Assembly (NCBI GenBank): GCA_977017575.1
Contig: CDRNVI010000060.1
Coordinates: 62,001 to 126,000 of the forward strand
Reading direction: 5' to 3'
DNA: 64,000 bases
DNA from: Paramoeba atlantica
Lineage: Eukaryota > Protista > Discosea
Positions 34,374 through 46,831 of this stretch are shown piece after piece. A model generated the notes under the pieces. It did no database searches, was not told where the DNA came from, and saw only the letters and a list, made by a program, of their open reading frames with translations. Position 1 is the stretch's first letter, and the number at the start of each line of letters is the position of its first letter. A program made the position numbers and the translations under genes.

Positions 34374-34445
34374 ATGATCTTTATAATCTTTATAAGTATG
34401 ATTATAAGTATAATCATTATAAATCTTTATAATCTTTATGATCTT

Positions 34446-34819
34446 TATAATCTCTCCAAACTTCGAGGCAATAAAGAAAAATCGACAGTGCCACTCAACG
34501 CATTGTTGGAAACATCCAAACGTTTTACAGATCGTGTATGTTCCCAATGCAATGTCCCACACAATTTTCGACCATACCAAGCAATGACAATAACTTCCCC
34601 CTCGTCATTGCCTACCACTCCATCCCACGCATATGCAGGTGTGGCAGTGCTCGACGACTCATGTGGGCTTTCGACATCGCTAATAAACTTTTCAAGTTCG
34701 TATTCCTGTGGAAGAAATGCGCCCCTTACCTTTGCCGCACGTGACGTTGAGCTCCCGGAAGTGTTTGTGAAATGAGGATGACGGCCAAAAAATGCATAGG
34801 GCAAATTGTACTTATACAA
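34446..34819 (-). pseudogene. 5' half of an LRR gene truncated by the LINE composite
   Basis: RAAKVRGAFLPQEY motif and first LRRs, ending at LPRSLERL where the 9-mer repeats begin. Confidence 0.85.
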
Positions 34820-34870
34820 AATACTTATACGAAGTGAAACATAAAATCTGATGTATTGCTTAAGAATTTG

Positions 34871-35778
34871 GGTGAAATTAAAGCAAAATTCGCCTTTTTT
34901 GAAAAAAAAAGTAAAGTCGTCCCCACTAAAAATAATTGTATCTTTTTTTGTATCGTATCACGTATTTCCACTTTTTCCTTTATTTTTCAGATTCAGACTC
35001 CTCAACTCCAACACATGCCCTGTAAAGGATGCAACGGTTTCGCTTGCCGAGGAAATCTCACTTTGAGCAAAGTTTCTGTGTGGAGCGAATCGAAATGCAG
35101 GGAGTGGTTAAGAACCCATAAGTTGGTGGCTCAGAAGGTTGTATGTTATAAAAGACTACACAAGGCGCCCTATACTATGCACGTCACTGACGGGAAATGG
35201 AGGTGTACTAAAAAATGCAAAGGAATGTACGCCACCTTAGGACCTCTCGTACCTGGAAGGGCACAAAGAAGTGCAAAGCAAACATTAAAGTACATAATTT
35301 TGTACGCTCGTGGTGGACGACATGCGGATTCGGCAGCGGAGACAGAACTTAGTCAGCAGACCATTGTGTCTCTAAGGCAATGGATGGATGGGATGATGAA
35401 TAGCGTGAACCACCGCCGAGAATGGATAACAGAAGAGGGTGTCCACACGAACACTGTGGAGTGCGCGAATTCGGTGGCGAAGAAGAGACTTAATCGAGAA
35501 GGAAACGTATTAGGAAGGAAAAAGGATAAACGGGCAGATCGTGTGCAAGCCAATGCTGAAAAATGCAACGGCAGCCTACGGTACAATGGCGGCGATGTAA
35601 TGCTGCGCATCCTACAGAATCTACAAGATCATTGTCATTGTATTCATTTATAAGTCTTGTCCAAGTATTTAAGTAGAAAACTAGAAGCGGAAAGTGTTGA
35701 TTTCATTGCACAAAATTTTTGAAAACCGCAAAAAAAAAACTTTTTTTAAAAAAAGGCGAATTTTGCTTTAATTTAACC
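34871..35778 (+). mobile_element. Merlin (IS1595/ISXO2-related) DNA transposon, internally deleted, with TIRs and 8-bp TSD
   Basis: TIRs GGT(G/T)AAATTAAAGCAAAATTCGCCTTTTTT; TSD AGAATTTG at 34863-34870 and 35779-35786; ORF has N-terminal Cys motifs and VNH..W..EGVHTNTVE but lacks the middle DDE part. Confidence 0.92.
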
Positions 35779-36779
35779 AGAATTTGAGTAATAAAGAAGT
35801 AAAGGACTTGAATAACTGAACAAATCCTTCCCCAAAGATAGGCTCAAAGTGGCCTATGTTCTTTCGTTATGGGAACACCATTCTGATGGCGACGAACTCA
35901 TGAACTTCCTCAAGCGAATGTTCAATGTTTAATGAGCTCTCGAATCCGGTGCTATTTTCCAAAACTCGATAAGTTTTACAAATTTTAGACCCCCTAGATT
36001 TTCGTGCATCCTCCTGTGTGGGGGAAAACACATTCAAATTCACTGGTTCGCTTCGAATATGGTGCTAGTAGCGCCGAAATAATGTTGAAACTGTCATGCT
36101 AAGTTCTACGAGAAAACTGCCCTGACGCTTGGCTCCGGAATCTAGAGTCGCAGCTACTGTGCTGCTTGGACAAACTAAAAAAGTGGTTCCTGACGAGATT
36201 GAAGAATTGTGTATTAAGCTTGACCAGGTCCGTTCGTCTACCGAAAAGCACCGATTCTTTGCAAAGTACACTCCTTTCATATTGAAGGCTGTTGAAACGG
36301 TGAGAAGAACTCGTGTTGTGGTGATTCCGAAACTCGGAGGCATAGCAAGATGGTGCGTGGACAGGTTTACTGTTATTTATGAGCATGTTATCTTCGCCTT
36401 TTGCGGTATGTTTTTAGTGGGCCTTTTTTGGTTTTGAATGCACCTACTTTTTAATGCAGTGACACTATTGTCAATGTAAATACTAAGTGTAAAATACACG
36501 TAGTATTTACGAACACAGTTATTATTTACATATTCGTATTATTTACATGTAAATAATAACTGTGGGGGTTGATGCTTCCCTTGCGCAAAGACGATCAACG
36601 TCCGTGCATGCTCCATCCTTACAAATGCTTGATTACAAGGATTGTTGAGGAGCTCCTTTTTTATGGAATACCGGTTGAGAAATGTCTACTTTGGTCTTCA
36701 CTTCGCGAAACCGTGACGGGTTTGATTATTAATGATGCAAATACAAAATATCTTGTAGATCAAGTAAAAGATAAAGCTA

Positions 36780-37147
36780 ATCAGCAACGGTCTCGCCGAG
36801 CGTGAGGAATCTTTTGCGGGAGAACAAGTAATTCGAAAGATGAAAAGCGTAGCGCAACTCCAGTAGTTGCAATTTCCTTGGACGGGGGTCTTTTGCCGCC
36901 ATTTGTCGTATGGAGCGGTAAAGAAGGCTACGCAGGGGTCACGTGCAAACTTTTTCACAAGATATTCCGTACCAAACCCAAAATCATTATAAAGATTGAT
37001 ACGGAAGCTTACATGAATATCTGCAATCCGCGCTTAATCCTTACTACGAAACAACAAAAGAACTTAACGAATAAGGATTTTCTTTTGGGGGAAAAAGAGG
37101 GTGATTCCACCAAAAATAATGGATTATCTACTTTTCATGAATGGTAA
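36780..37147 (+). pseudogene. pogo-like DDE transposase fragment
   Basis: VVAISLDGGLLPPFVVWSGK resembles the T.....ADG..LPP.VI..G motif. Confidence 0.55.
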
Positions 37148-37746
37148 ATTACGAAAATTTCCCATTATATTTTTCACATTCCTCATTTTTATCTGACTTC
37201 TACCCCTTTGCCTGAATTCGTTCGTTTTTTTATACTCCGGCAAAAAGCGAGAGTCATTGGATCTTTTCCCGGCTCTCATTCGGGAGTGTGAATTAATCGG
37301 CTGGAACCAAACGACGGAGATTCAAAGCCAAACATTTGAGCCTCTACTTCGGGGACGAGATCTTATTGGTGATGGACGGGGAAGGCATGGTCAAACGGGG
37401 GTTACGGTTTTGCAATCACCCAGCACATTTTGGGGGTGAGATAAAAGGGTGTGCGCTTGTTCTTGTCCCGACGCGAGAGCTCGCAGACCCGGTGGGGGTA
37501 ATTTTGCCGGAACAAATCTAACATTTTAACTTTTCCGTGGAAACTACTAAAAAATATTTCTTTTTTTTGCATTGTATGCGGTTAAACAGACAATACGATA
37601 TGTTTTTGTATTTCTTTTTTTTTAAAAACGCGTTTAACAATCTTTCCTCCTAGGTTCCGTGTTTTGGAAAACCCATTCTTTTAAAAAATCCCGGACACCA
37701 TTTTGAAGCATTTTTTAAAGTAACGCGGTAGTAACTAGAATAGATT

Positions 37747-38589
37747 TCACAATTTGACACAATTTGGAATCGACGCGGACTGAACGTGCAAATTATGTTT
37801 ATTTCCACTTAAATCCAGATTACGCATGGCTGAAGGCAATGTATCAAACCATACTTTCCCAGTAAATGCGTTGTCCCTAAGAGTTAGCATACGTAATGCG
37901 TGCGGAAGATTTCGAAACTCCAACTCACCATCAAGCCTATTCTGTGACAGGAATAAAATTTCCAGTTGCTTCGGAAGATTTGTTAAGTCCACGCTCCCAA
38001 CGAATCTATTTCCTTGAAGATAGAGTTTGAGTAGCGCTGCGGGCAACAAAGTTAAATTTATGCTTCCCGAAAAACAGTTCTGAGGCAAAGAAAACACTTT
38101 TAAAGAAGGGTGAAGTGCCGTCAGGTCAAGCTCACCGGAAAACTTTGTTCCAGATGACCAAAGTTCTTCGAACTCTTCGGGGAGGGATCCGGCATCAAAG
38201 GCTCCATGAAAGGGGTTATATTGAAGGTTTAAATAAGTGAGTTTAGGGGGAAGTGCAGCAACCGGAACAGTTCCACTAAGCCTATTACCTCCCACACGAA
38301 TATTGCTCACAGTGTGGGGTAGGCTGCTCCAGGTAAGATTACCCCTTACTACCATGGACGACCAAATGATGGATACGACTTCATCATCGGAATTACAAGC
38401 GACACCGACCCATAAACATGCCCGTGTTATATTCTTGGTAATTCCTGGCTTTGGCTCAAGATTCTCAATAAATTGTGCCATTTGTATGTCTTGTGAGAGG
38501 ATGGCTCCTCGCACTTTACCCAGACGTGTTCTCGTGCAGGTTGAATCTGCAAGTGCAGCTTTTCTGAGGATTTGAAATGACATAGACAT
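37747..38589 (-). CDS. LRR protein (280 aa)
   Basis: RLGKVRGAILSQD motif plus LRRs. Confidence 0.92.
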   Translation of the reverse strand: MSMSFQILRKAALADSTCTRTRLGKVRGAILSQDIQMAQFIENLEPKPGITKNITRACLWVGVACNSDDEVVSIIWSSMVVRGNLTWSSLPHTVSNIRVGGNRLSGTVPVAALPPKLTYLNLQYNPFHGAFDAGSLPEEFEELWSSGTKFSGELDLTALHPSLKVFSLPQNCFSGSINLTLLPAALLKLYLQGNRFVGSVDLTNLPKQLEILFLSQNRLDGELEFRNLPHALRMLTLRDNAFTGKVWFDTLPSAMRNLDLSGNKHNLHVQSASIPNCVKL

Positions 38590-39562
38590 GTAATAACTAC
38601 AATGTATGAGTCATATATGAATGTGTGGTACCCACTACACCATTCACATATAGACTACTGTTAGACCCCCGACATACATGTTTTCTCCTCCCTGACTATC
38701 TTATATTTTTGTTTCCTACCGTATACCCCCCCCCCCGAGTAATAGAACCGATTTTGGGCCAAAATGACCAAATCCTTGTTACTGGGGGGGGGGTATGTTT
38801 TATTGGTGGGGAAAGACCTTTTTTGTTCATGAGTGCGTTGATTTTCTGTCCAGCCAGCCCGACAACCACGCCATTTGCTCCCGCCCAGCTACCCCCACCT
38901 GCCCAGCCACCCCCACCCCCCTTCCAACCACCCTCCCGAGCCACCTTATAGCTATGCTTAAGATCACCGATAAGCTGTATGCTTTGGACTCCTCTTTTCT
39001 CGGCGGCATTTCACCCTTTGTTCCGTGCACCACGCATCATAGCTTTTATCGTGCTTTCGAAGATGCCTTTCTGCCGATATGTAATCGGTCTGTAGACCTC
39101 TTGCCGTCAAAAAACGTTTTTTGCTATTTTCAAGACACAATTTGCATTACACCATCTGCTTGTCGCCCTCTGCACGAGGTACTTGAGCAAAGAATTCTTT
39201 ACAAAAACCCGGGTGCGCTTTTCCATCAGAAAAAAGAATATCGTGTATTGTATAGAGGCCTACTAACAAACTGTAATGAATACAGGCGAATCAAAATCAT
39301 GATGAAAGAAAATTCTGCGATTCTAAAGTATACGATGAAAAAAAGTTTTTGAAAGTTTTTAGAAAAAAAATAAAGTAACTTTAAAGTACTTTCTTGAAAG
39401 TTTTAAAATCCGCGAACCCCGGATAAAACCGAAAGAATTTCGTAACAAACTTGTTTTAGAACAGAGTAATTGTTTTGAGAAAAAGAACCAAAATACAGAC
39501 TGAATTAGAATACTGACTTTGAAGCTGAACGGTTGCATTCCCGTATTACGTTGGTCTGAGAT

Positions 39563-40594
39563 CTATTTTTGATTTGTAGTAATTTGAACGCAGGCAGGTA
39601 AGGGTAAGGAAGGTTTCAGTTCATATTTGTTGTTTAGAATTGCCAAATCGATCAGCGAACCAGGAAGAGAACTAAAATCTATCGGTCCTGTAAATGCGTT
39701 CCCGTTGAGTTCGAGCACTGTCAACGTGGATGGCAAGGAACTTAGTACGATTTCTCCCGTGAAACAGTTAAAGCTTAAAAGAAGCGAGTTTAATCTAGAT
39801 GGAAGACTTCGTAAGTCTAGTTCACCATCCAGTGCATTTTCCGATAAGTGCAAAGAGTAAAGTCTGTTAGGAAGTCGGGTCAGATCCACGCGCCCAGTAA
39901 AAGTGTTATTCTGCAAGTACAGGTAGCAGAGATTCGATGGGAGCATTGTTAAGTCTAACGCTCCCATGAATCGGTTATTTCGCGCGGAAAATGTTTCCAA
40001 GAGGGGGGGGAGTGATGTCAAGTCGAGAATGCCAGAAAAATGTGTTTTGGCTGACCAGAACTGAGCCATGCAATTTGGAAGAGAGCCTACGTCAAGATCA
40101 CCGAAAAAATCATTCGACTGAATGTTTATATTCGTAAGATTACGTGGAAGATTCATCGTTGGAAGAAGTCCTGTAAGCGCATTATTTCCTAAACGCAGTA
40201 GTGCGACAGTAGAGGGAAGATATTCCCAGGACACATTGCCTGCTAGATGTTTGCTCATCCACTCCACCCTGACAACCTCTTTACTCAAATTACAGTGCAC
40301 GCCGCTCCACGAACAAGGTGAACTTTGGTCAAAGTTCATAATCATAGAGGTTTTCATTTTTGAGATGAACTGAGCCATTAGTATTTCTTGAGAGAGCATA
40401 GCACCCCGTACTTTGCCACGTCGTGGATAGTGACTTGATTCCTCTTTATACGTATCCGCCGTTAACACACGCCATGTGAGCCGGTTCATAATGTTACTTC
40501 TTACAGAGCTACAAAGTTCAATAGAGAGGTAAAGGTACATTGTCCCCCTAAGTTGTTGTAAGTAAACACGAAGACGTAAATGCCGTGACAACAC
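39563..40594 (-). CDS. LRR protein (up to 343 aa; real start probably MNRLTW)
   Basis: RRGKVRGAMLSQE motif, CSWSGVHC cap, about 9 LRRs. Confidence 0.92.
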   Translation of the reverse strand: MLSRHLRLRVYLQQLRGTMYLYLSIELCSSVRSNIMNRLTWRVLTADTYKEESSHYPRRGKVRGAMLSQEILMAQFISKMKTSMIMNFDQSSPCSWSGVHCNLSKEVVRVEWMSKHLAGNVSWEYLPSTVALLRLGNNALTGLLPTMNLPRNLTNINIQSNDFFGDLDVGSLPNCMAQFWSAKTHFSGILDLTSLPPLLETFSARNNRFMGALDLTMLPSNLCYLYLQNNTFTGRVDLTRLPNRLYSLHLSENALDGELDLRSLPSRLNSLLLSFNCFTGEIVLSSLPSTLTVLELNGNAFTGPIDFSSLPGSLIDLAILNNKYELKPSLPLPACVQITTNQK

Positions 40595-41105
40595 TTGGTG
40601 TACTCAAATAGCATAAATTGAGTTAACGGCTTATGACCGTAACATACCATTATGACCGTAATTATCGTAAATGGGGGAGTACCGTATTTTATTCATCTAG
40701 ATAAAGGATTCCCGAATGAACCCTTCTCACACAGAGGTTCTTGCAGCCCCGGGTTACACGCATTTTATGCGGAGGTCTGTTTGGAGGGGTTGTGAAATAA
40801 TAAAAAGATTTGGAAGACTTCCAATTAATGGCGCTTTAAGCGAAAATCACCCTAGAGCAGCACCACCTGACACATCATACTAGATTACCCCATCAAGCAA
40901 CATGCCAAAACGTGTTTCTCCATGTTCCTTCTTTCACAAGACGGGAATTTTTGCTTTGTGTGTTGTAAGTGCGCTGTAGGCCTGCGCAGAGGCGTTGAGC
41001 CCGACGAAAACATGGATTACACCTTTTCGTACTCTGCAACACCACTTTCGACGCCTCGTCGGACCACATCCTTATCTAAGTGTATGGCCCTTTTGCTACG
41101 TCGCC

Positions 41106-42437
41106 TTACCTTCCTTTCCACATACGTTGCACCTCTCGCAACAAATCCTCATGCCGAATCGTGTACGCTAAATTCTTAGAGAGACTCCCTCTTTTTCTTT
41201 GCTGCTGTCTGTTGGCCCTGTCATTTACTGGTTCCTGTACACCCTCCGCTGTGGCGCTCGAGGTGGACACTACACCCACCTGCGCGACTGGCTGTCCCAG
41301 CAAATACGCCAAACCGACTGAACCTGGATTATTATCCTGTGCGCTATTTCCCTCTCCCTCAATGGGAATCGTCGAACTACCGGAGGCATTAACGGAACCT
41401 TCCCTTGGCTGAGGACCATAGCGCCGTAAGCTCTGCGCCTCCGTATCCGCGGAACCCGGCAGATACGAATATTCGCACACCCCTCGCAAGTCCTCCCGCG
41501 GGATATATTCCTCACAGCTAAAACAAAACCTGTGCGCGAACGCAATAAACAGCATTTCGATACAAATACAGAAATCCTGCAGCCCCATCGCGACCTCAGA
41601 ATCCGTCCAGTACCCGAACGACGGCAACAGCCCGAGCGCGTGTAACAGCTCAAAAAACACCCCTTGCCAGAAGGAGAGAAAAATCACACTCTTAATGCAC
41701 AAAAACTTCCCCAGGGGGCGTTGCCCCGCGAGCCAGTCCCGTGTGGCGCGGTAGAAATACACCAACGCGGTGAAGGCCACCGTGACGCTGCCATTCACCA
41801 CAAGGCTAATCCAGAAATAGCCTTTGGTAACCTCCATCGTCGGGCGGTACACCCTCCCGGCCTCCAGCACCAGCACCGCTGCCGTACACAGCGGTTTCAG
41901 CACCATAAACTGAAACACCGCGAAATGGCAGACCCGTAGAAACGACGGGGTGAGCCTTAAAGGGTTAAAAAAGTAGTGAAAAGGAAAATAATGCCGCAGC
42001 GGGGGCCTCTTGGTGGTTTGCAGACACCCCAGCAAGGTCTCCGCGCCCCCCAGGAGCTCCACCATGAGCGTAAAGAAGTTATACAGCGCGTAGCTCTCGT
42101 AGGCGTCACGGATTAAATCGAGGACCCGCGCGGCGGCGGGGAGCCCGAGACTCGCGAAACTGATCACCGCGTAGACGGGGACCATGAAGAGTACTCGGAG
42201 GATTTTACTTTGTTTGTTCGGCGCGTGGAAGGCCTCGAGATGCTGCAGCATTTGGAACAGGGAGAGTAGGGAGGCCCAGAGGGCGGCGTACCCGGCCAGG
42301 AGGAGAGGGAGGGGGGGAAGGCTTGGAGAGGGGAAGAGAAAAAAAAGAAAAAGCAGGAGAAGGAGAGGGGGGAGGATGCAGAGCGCGAGCCCGGCGGAGT
42401 GGTAGAGGGGGGGCCGGGGGGAGGAGGGGGGGATCAT
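41106..42437 (-). CDS. TMEM184: TMEM184 / organic solute transporter alpha family membrane protein
   Basis: QHL..F..P..Q..ILRVLFMVPVYA, RDAYESYALYNF, QFMVLKP, KFLCIKSVIFLSFWQG, QDFCICIEM..A.AH.F.F. Confidence 0.92.
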   Translation of the reverse strand: MIPPSSPRPPLYHSAGLALCILPPLLLLLFLFFLFPSPSLPPLPLLLAGYAALWASLLSLFQMLQHLEAFHAPNKQSKILRVLFMVPVYAVISFASLGLPAAARVLDLIRDAYESYALYNFFTLMVELLGGAETLLGCLQTTKRPPLRHYFPFHYFFNPLRLTPSFLRVCHFAVFQFMVLKPLCTAAVLVLEAGRVYRPTMEVTKGYFWISLVVNGSVTVAFTALVYFYRATRDWLAGQRPLGKFLCIKSVIFLSFWQGVFFELLHALGLLPSFGYWTDSEVAMGLQDFCICIEMLFIAFAHRFCFSCEEYIPREDLRGVCEYSYLPGSADTEAQSLRRYGPQPREGSVNASGSSTIPIEGEGNSAQDNNPGSVGLAYLLGQPVAQVGVVSTSSATAEGVQEPVNDRANRQQQRKRGSLSKNLAYTIRHEDLLREVQRMWKGR

Positions 42438-42685
42438 GGGGGAGGCACGAGGGGGAGGGGAAGGGGGGGCATGGGGTGGAGGGGAGGGGGCGTTTTTTTA
42501 GAGTGAAGAGTTGCGGAAAAGAGGAGAAAAGGAAGGTAAAAGAGAGGAGGGTTGAGTACTACCAATGCTGGGAGAGAGGGGGGGGTAAAATAATTGCCGC
42601 TTCAGGGTAAGAACCGTTTCGATCATGTATTGCCCCTTTTAACCTCTTTCGTTAAGGTTTTGCCGCAAAAAAACATTGGAGTTAC

Positions 42686-43507
42686 TTGAAACTTCTCATT
42701 GTATGCGGTGACGAAAAGAACGCTGGCACTGTAAGCCGGAGACTCCGAGAAGAGCGTATCACTAATTTAACTCCCCAGTCAGTTCGCAATGCTCTGCGTT
42801 CAAATGGGCTACAAGCCGGTAAACGTATAAAAAAGCCGAAGCTTACTCGACGTCAAAAGAAACTGTGACTAAAGTTTGCTTTCCGACACCAGCATTGGAC
42901 CTTCGCAGATTGGTGAAAGGTGTTATGGTCGGACGAGACAAAGCTTTGTCGCTTCGAGAATGTGGGGGACAATTGGGTCTACAAGTCTCCAGGGAAAGGT
43001 TTGAGTGACAGGACCACCCGTGGGACAGTCAAGTACGGAGGGGGGTCCATCATGCTATGGGGCTGCATGGCACCTACTGGTGTAGGGAAGATCGTTCTTG
43101 CTGATGGTAACATGAATGCAGAACAATACGTTCGCATTCTTCGCGACAATCTTGAAATTTCTCTAGAAGACCTTGGCCTGAAGAAAGATCTTATGATTTT
43201 TCAACAGGACAACGATCCGAAGCATACGAGCAAATCGGCAAAGAACTTCTTTGCTGATGAGTCGTAAACGCTTCTGGAGTGGCCTCCGCTGTCCCCCGAT
43301 CTCAATCGCATTGAGAACATTTGGAATCACCTCAAAAGGGCGATTGCAGGTCGTTGCAACGCACCAACAGGAATTTTGGAACTCTGGAAGTGGGCCCAAG
43401 AAGAATGGGCTAAAATTCCAGAAAGTCTGTGTTGCTCTGTGGTAGAAAGCATGCCTCGACGAATGAAGGCTGTAATCAAGGCGAAAGGGGGCGTCACGAA
43501 GTACTAA
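42686..43507 (+). pseudogene. Tc1 DD34E transposase pseudogene
   Basis: KKPKLT, VLWSDETK, VKYGGGSIMLWGCM, FQQDNDPKHTSK, WPPLSPDLNRIENIW; in-frame stops. Confidence 0.92.
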
Positions 43508-43606
43508 GGGATAAGTCTAAAATTGAGTTTTAAGTGAAAGTATATTGTATTCTCCGTCAAAAATATTTTTTTTCAAAATTGCAAAAAAAAATCCTCGGAC
43601 GATCCC

Positions 43607-45701
43607 GTGTGCGCTCGGTGGAGACGAAAGCACGAAGGAAATGACTCCTGCATGAAGGATAGCATGGGTCACTATCTTCATCTGAAGTGTCGTCGCTGTG
43701 GTCATATCACTCACTCAATACCACAATCCGCTCTTTGTGCTCATGCACGTGTGTGTGAACACCGTGCATTGTCACAGAAAGATCGATCCATCGAATCAAC
43801 TACGTCGGGTCGATTATGCCACGAGATAGTTCCCCAACTCCTTTGCACGACGTCTGGATCACTATCTTCGACACTGGCCTTGCTACAAAAATATGAATCA
43901 TTCAGAGCTCAGGTGCCATCGGAGGATGTTGGTAATGTACTTCCGAAGAATGTCCGTACTCTCTATTGCGACATGCACAGATTGGAAGAGCATGTTTCGG
44001 GTGATATACGTAGTTCTGTAGATGAATACGATCTTTTCGGTATGGCCATTGATGCGGGAATCATTCGATTACATCATGAACATGTTCTTATTGCAGTATT
44101 ATACGTAGGCCCCTATAGATGGCTGATGCCACCAATGTACCACCCAAAGTTCGGAGCTTTCAGCGGTAAAGATACTGCTGAAATTGTGGTCAGAGAACTA
44201 AAGAGGTGACTTCAAGGAGCACGTTTTTCCAAGCTAGCGTATCTGGTGGTAGATGGGTGCGCAGTGAATCACGTAGCACGTTCTGAGGCGTACAGTGCAC
44301 TGGGTGAACTATATTCGCAAATTGACCCTATAGGCGAATCCGACTGGAGAGACTTCCATCAAAATTTCACCGCTGCTGAACCACATTTAGTACTCATACC
44401 ATGCATTGGACACTTCCTTAACAACGTCGCAAAAGACGCTTTGAAGGAATACGAAGAAACTGATCTCTTTAAGCTAAGGAAAGCCTTCGCCCAATCATTC
44501 TACGGTTCTACTCGAAATTCTGGGCGAGGAGGTGAGTATGCAGGTGTCGCACTTGAGGTTCACCTTGCGGACTTCGATGATAAGCTCCAAAGCGCCATCG
44601 GAAAGCTGCGTCAAAGGCATGGAATGCTAGACGCACAATAGCTAGACTGCCAGGCTAAGGTTGGAGTCCTAAAAATGTTATTAGAAGCTGTACAGGTGTT
44701 AATGCTAGTTGTTCTTTCCGCTCAGGACCTCCATGAAAAATTGTCTTCGCCAGATCTCACATTGAAAGAGAAGCATGAGACCCTACGCGTTGCATTTTCT
44801 TCCCTTGATACTGATATTGAGACAGCTAAGCGTGCCCCTGTGTGCAAGACTCCGAAGTTGGGTGGAGTTACGCGTTAGAGTTCAGATAAATTTTTATCAA
44901 TTCAGTACCTTGCACAGGTGCTCCCAACTGTTGCTCGGTTCATACAGCGTCTTGCTACCCGACCGACGAAGGTGCCGTCCGCCTCAGTAATAAAATGCTA
45001 CAAAATTTTGTCTCAACCAGATGCTATTTAAAACGTGATAGATACAGCGCATGCCTTTCTCAAACGGCTACATCCTTCGCAAAACGCACTCAAACTTTTT
45101 TCGGATGACAAACGAAAACCTATGGCAACTTCGGTGATACCTGTCTTGCAAAAATGAAAGAACGATGCGATTCACAATGACAGTTTGCAAAGCGCACTAA
45201 ATTATCATTCACAGCGTTTAGAAAAGCATCATTCTATGAAATTTGGGAGCAAGGTTTTGTGGTTGAGTCCTCCATATACGTATAACATTCCGCGACAAAA
45301 CTATTTCTCCACCTTCCGTCGACGTTATTAACGACATGCTCGGTAACAACATCCCGATGTTTCAGTGTTCTGTTGAAGCGTGGGAGTTCGTTTTCTGCCA
45401 GGATTTCAATTGGCCGGGAGGGAACTGCACCGAAACTGAGTGGTGGGAAGGCGTTGGAAAGTTTGAATTTCCCGATGTGTATCATATTGCGAAGTGCTAT
45501 CTCTGGGTTCCTCCTGTACTTACCCAATGTGACTCAATAATCTCAATAATGGGTGACAAATTCAACTCTCGACAAACATCGCTATCTCCAGAACACGTTT
45601 GTACCCAGATGTTTTTGCACGCCAACTTGGAGCATGTTAACAAATTATGCGGCGTTCAAATTTTTGAAGCTGAAGAAAAGTTATCCGACGATCAAAACTG
45701 A
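43607..45701 (+). pseudogene. hAT-family transposase pseudogene
   Basis: N-terminal BED-like Cys/His residues, internal (V/I)DG and CIGHFLN, C-terminal dimerisation-like WW..FPDVYHIAKCYLWVP..S.MG..R.SL; several stops and frameshifts. Confidence 0.75.
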
Positions 45702-46100
45702 GCTGAAGAAGTGTTGTATTCATATTAGATTTAAATAAAGGAGTGTTAAAGTTTTATCCATGTTAATATTCATACGTCCAGAGCTCCGTTTCGTTGTATT
45801 TCTTCCTCGCATCTGAGATATTTTTCTCTGGTTTTTCTCTGTGTTGAACAATAGAAATACATTGTTTCGTTTTACATTTATTATGACTAGTGTTATTTTG
45901 AAGCTATTATGACTAGTGTTATTTTTGAACCTGAAGAAAAGTTATCAGACGATCAAAACTGAGCTGAAGAAGTGTTGTATTCATATTAAATTTAAATAAA
46001 GAAGTGTTAAAGTTTTATCCATGTTAATATTCATACGTCCAGAGCTCAGTTTCGCTGTATTTCTTCCTCGTATCTGAGATATTCTTCTCTGGTTTTTCTC
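45661..46100. repeat. About 180-bp direct repeat (45661-45840 and 45925-46100) at the hAT 3' end
   Basis: Two near-identical copies of GAAGAAAAGTTATC.GACGATCAAAACTGAGC... Confidence 0.85.
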
Positions 46101-46831
46101 TCAGTGTTGTTATTGTTATTGTCGGAACTACGTTTTACGTGGCTTTTCTCAGTATCGTGCTAGTGCTTGGAGTATTTCTTCGCGTATCTCTATTAATAAC
46201 AAACACTCCTGAAGGTAAGTCATGCTCAGTACACTATCTTACGAATCGATTATATTACATTCGTGTATTTAGGTATAAATGTATTTATGATCGAACCTAT
46301 CTTTCTCACCATATCATACATTGTAGGACAATGAAAATGCGAGATCTCACCCCTTTCCACCCCTCCAAGTCCCCGCCTATTCACCCCTTCACTCCACCTC
46401 TCGCTGAGTACACAGAACGTGCATATTCTTCCACCTTGCTGTGCGCGCATCCGCGAAACCGCTTTGTGGTCAACCAAATTAACTACTCGTTAATTAGTGG
46501 TTAATTAACACGGTTAATTGGTTAATTGGTAAATTAACTGTTGGGGTATGTAGTACCCACGCGTACACTACTCTGATATACTACTTCAATGCACACGACA
46601 CCTGGCCACAGGGAAACTCCAGCAATAAAAAAGTGTTAAACATGTGAACAGTTTTTTTTGCATACTGTATGTTTGAAATACGTTTCCGTATATTTTCGGT
46701 CAAAAGGTTATCAAATATTATGAATATGTCCGGTGCCCACGGACTATAAATTGATCACTGCAATGAAGACACTACTTGATTCAACGCAATGAATTTTCCG
46801 AACCAAGAACCACTATGGTGGATGCATGGAT

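Noticed and set aside
34313-34417. Hydrophobic N-terminal MIILIIILIKIIK extension of the LINE ORF, resembling a signal peptide
   Set aside because: It is translation of the 9-mer array and SL-like motif; the downstream ATG at 34312 is more plausible.
36129-36437. 102-aa plus-strand ORF with a hydrophobic C-terminus
   Set aside because: Opposite to the gene strand, no recognisable motif, no ATG at the called start.
38795-39352. 185-aa plus-strand ORF
   Set aside because: No motif or paralogue in the window and opposite to the host gene strand; cannot be supported.
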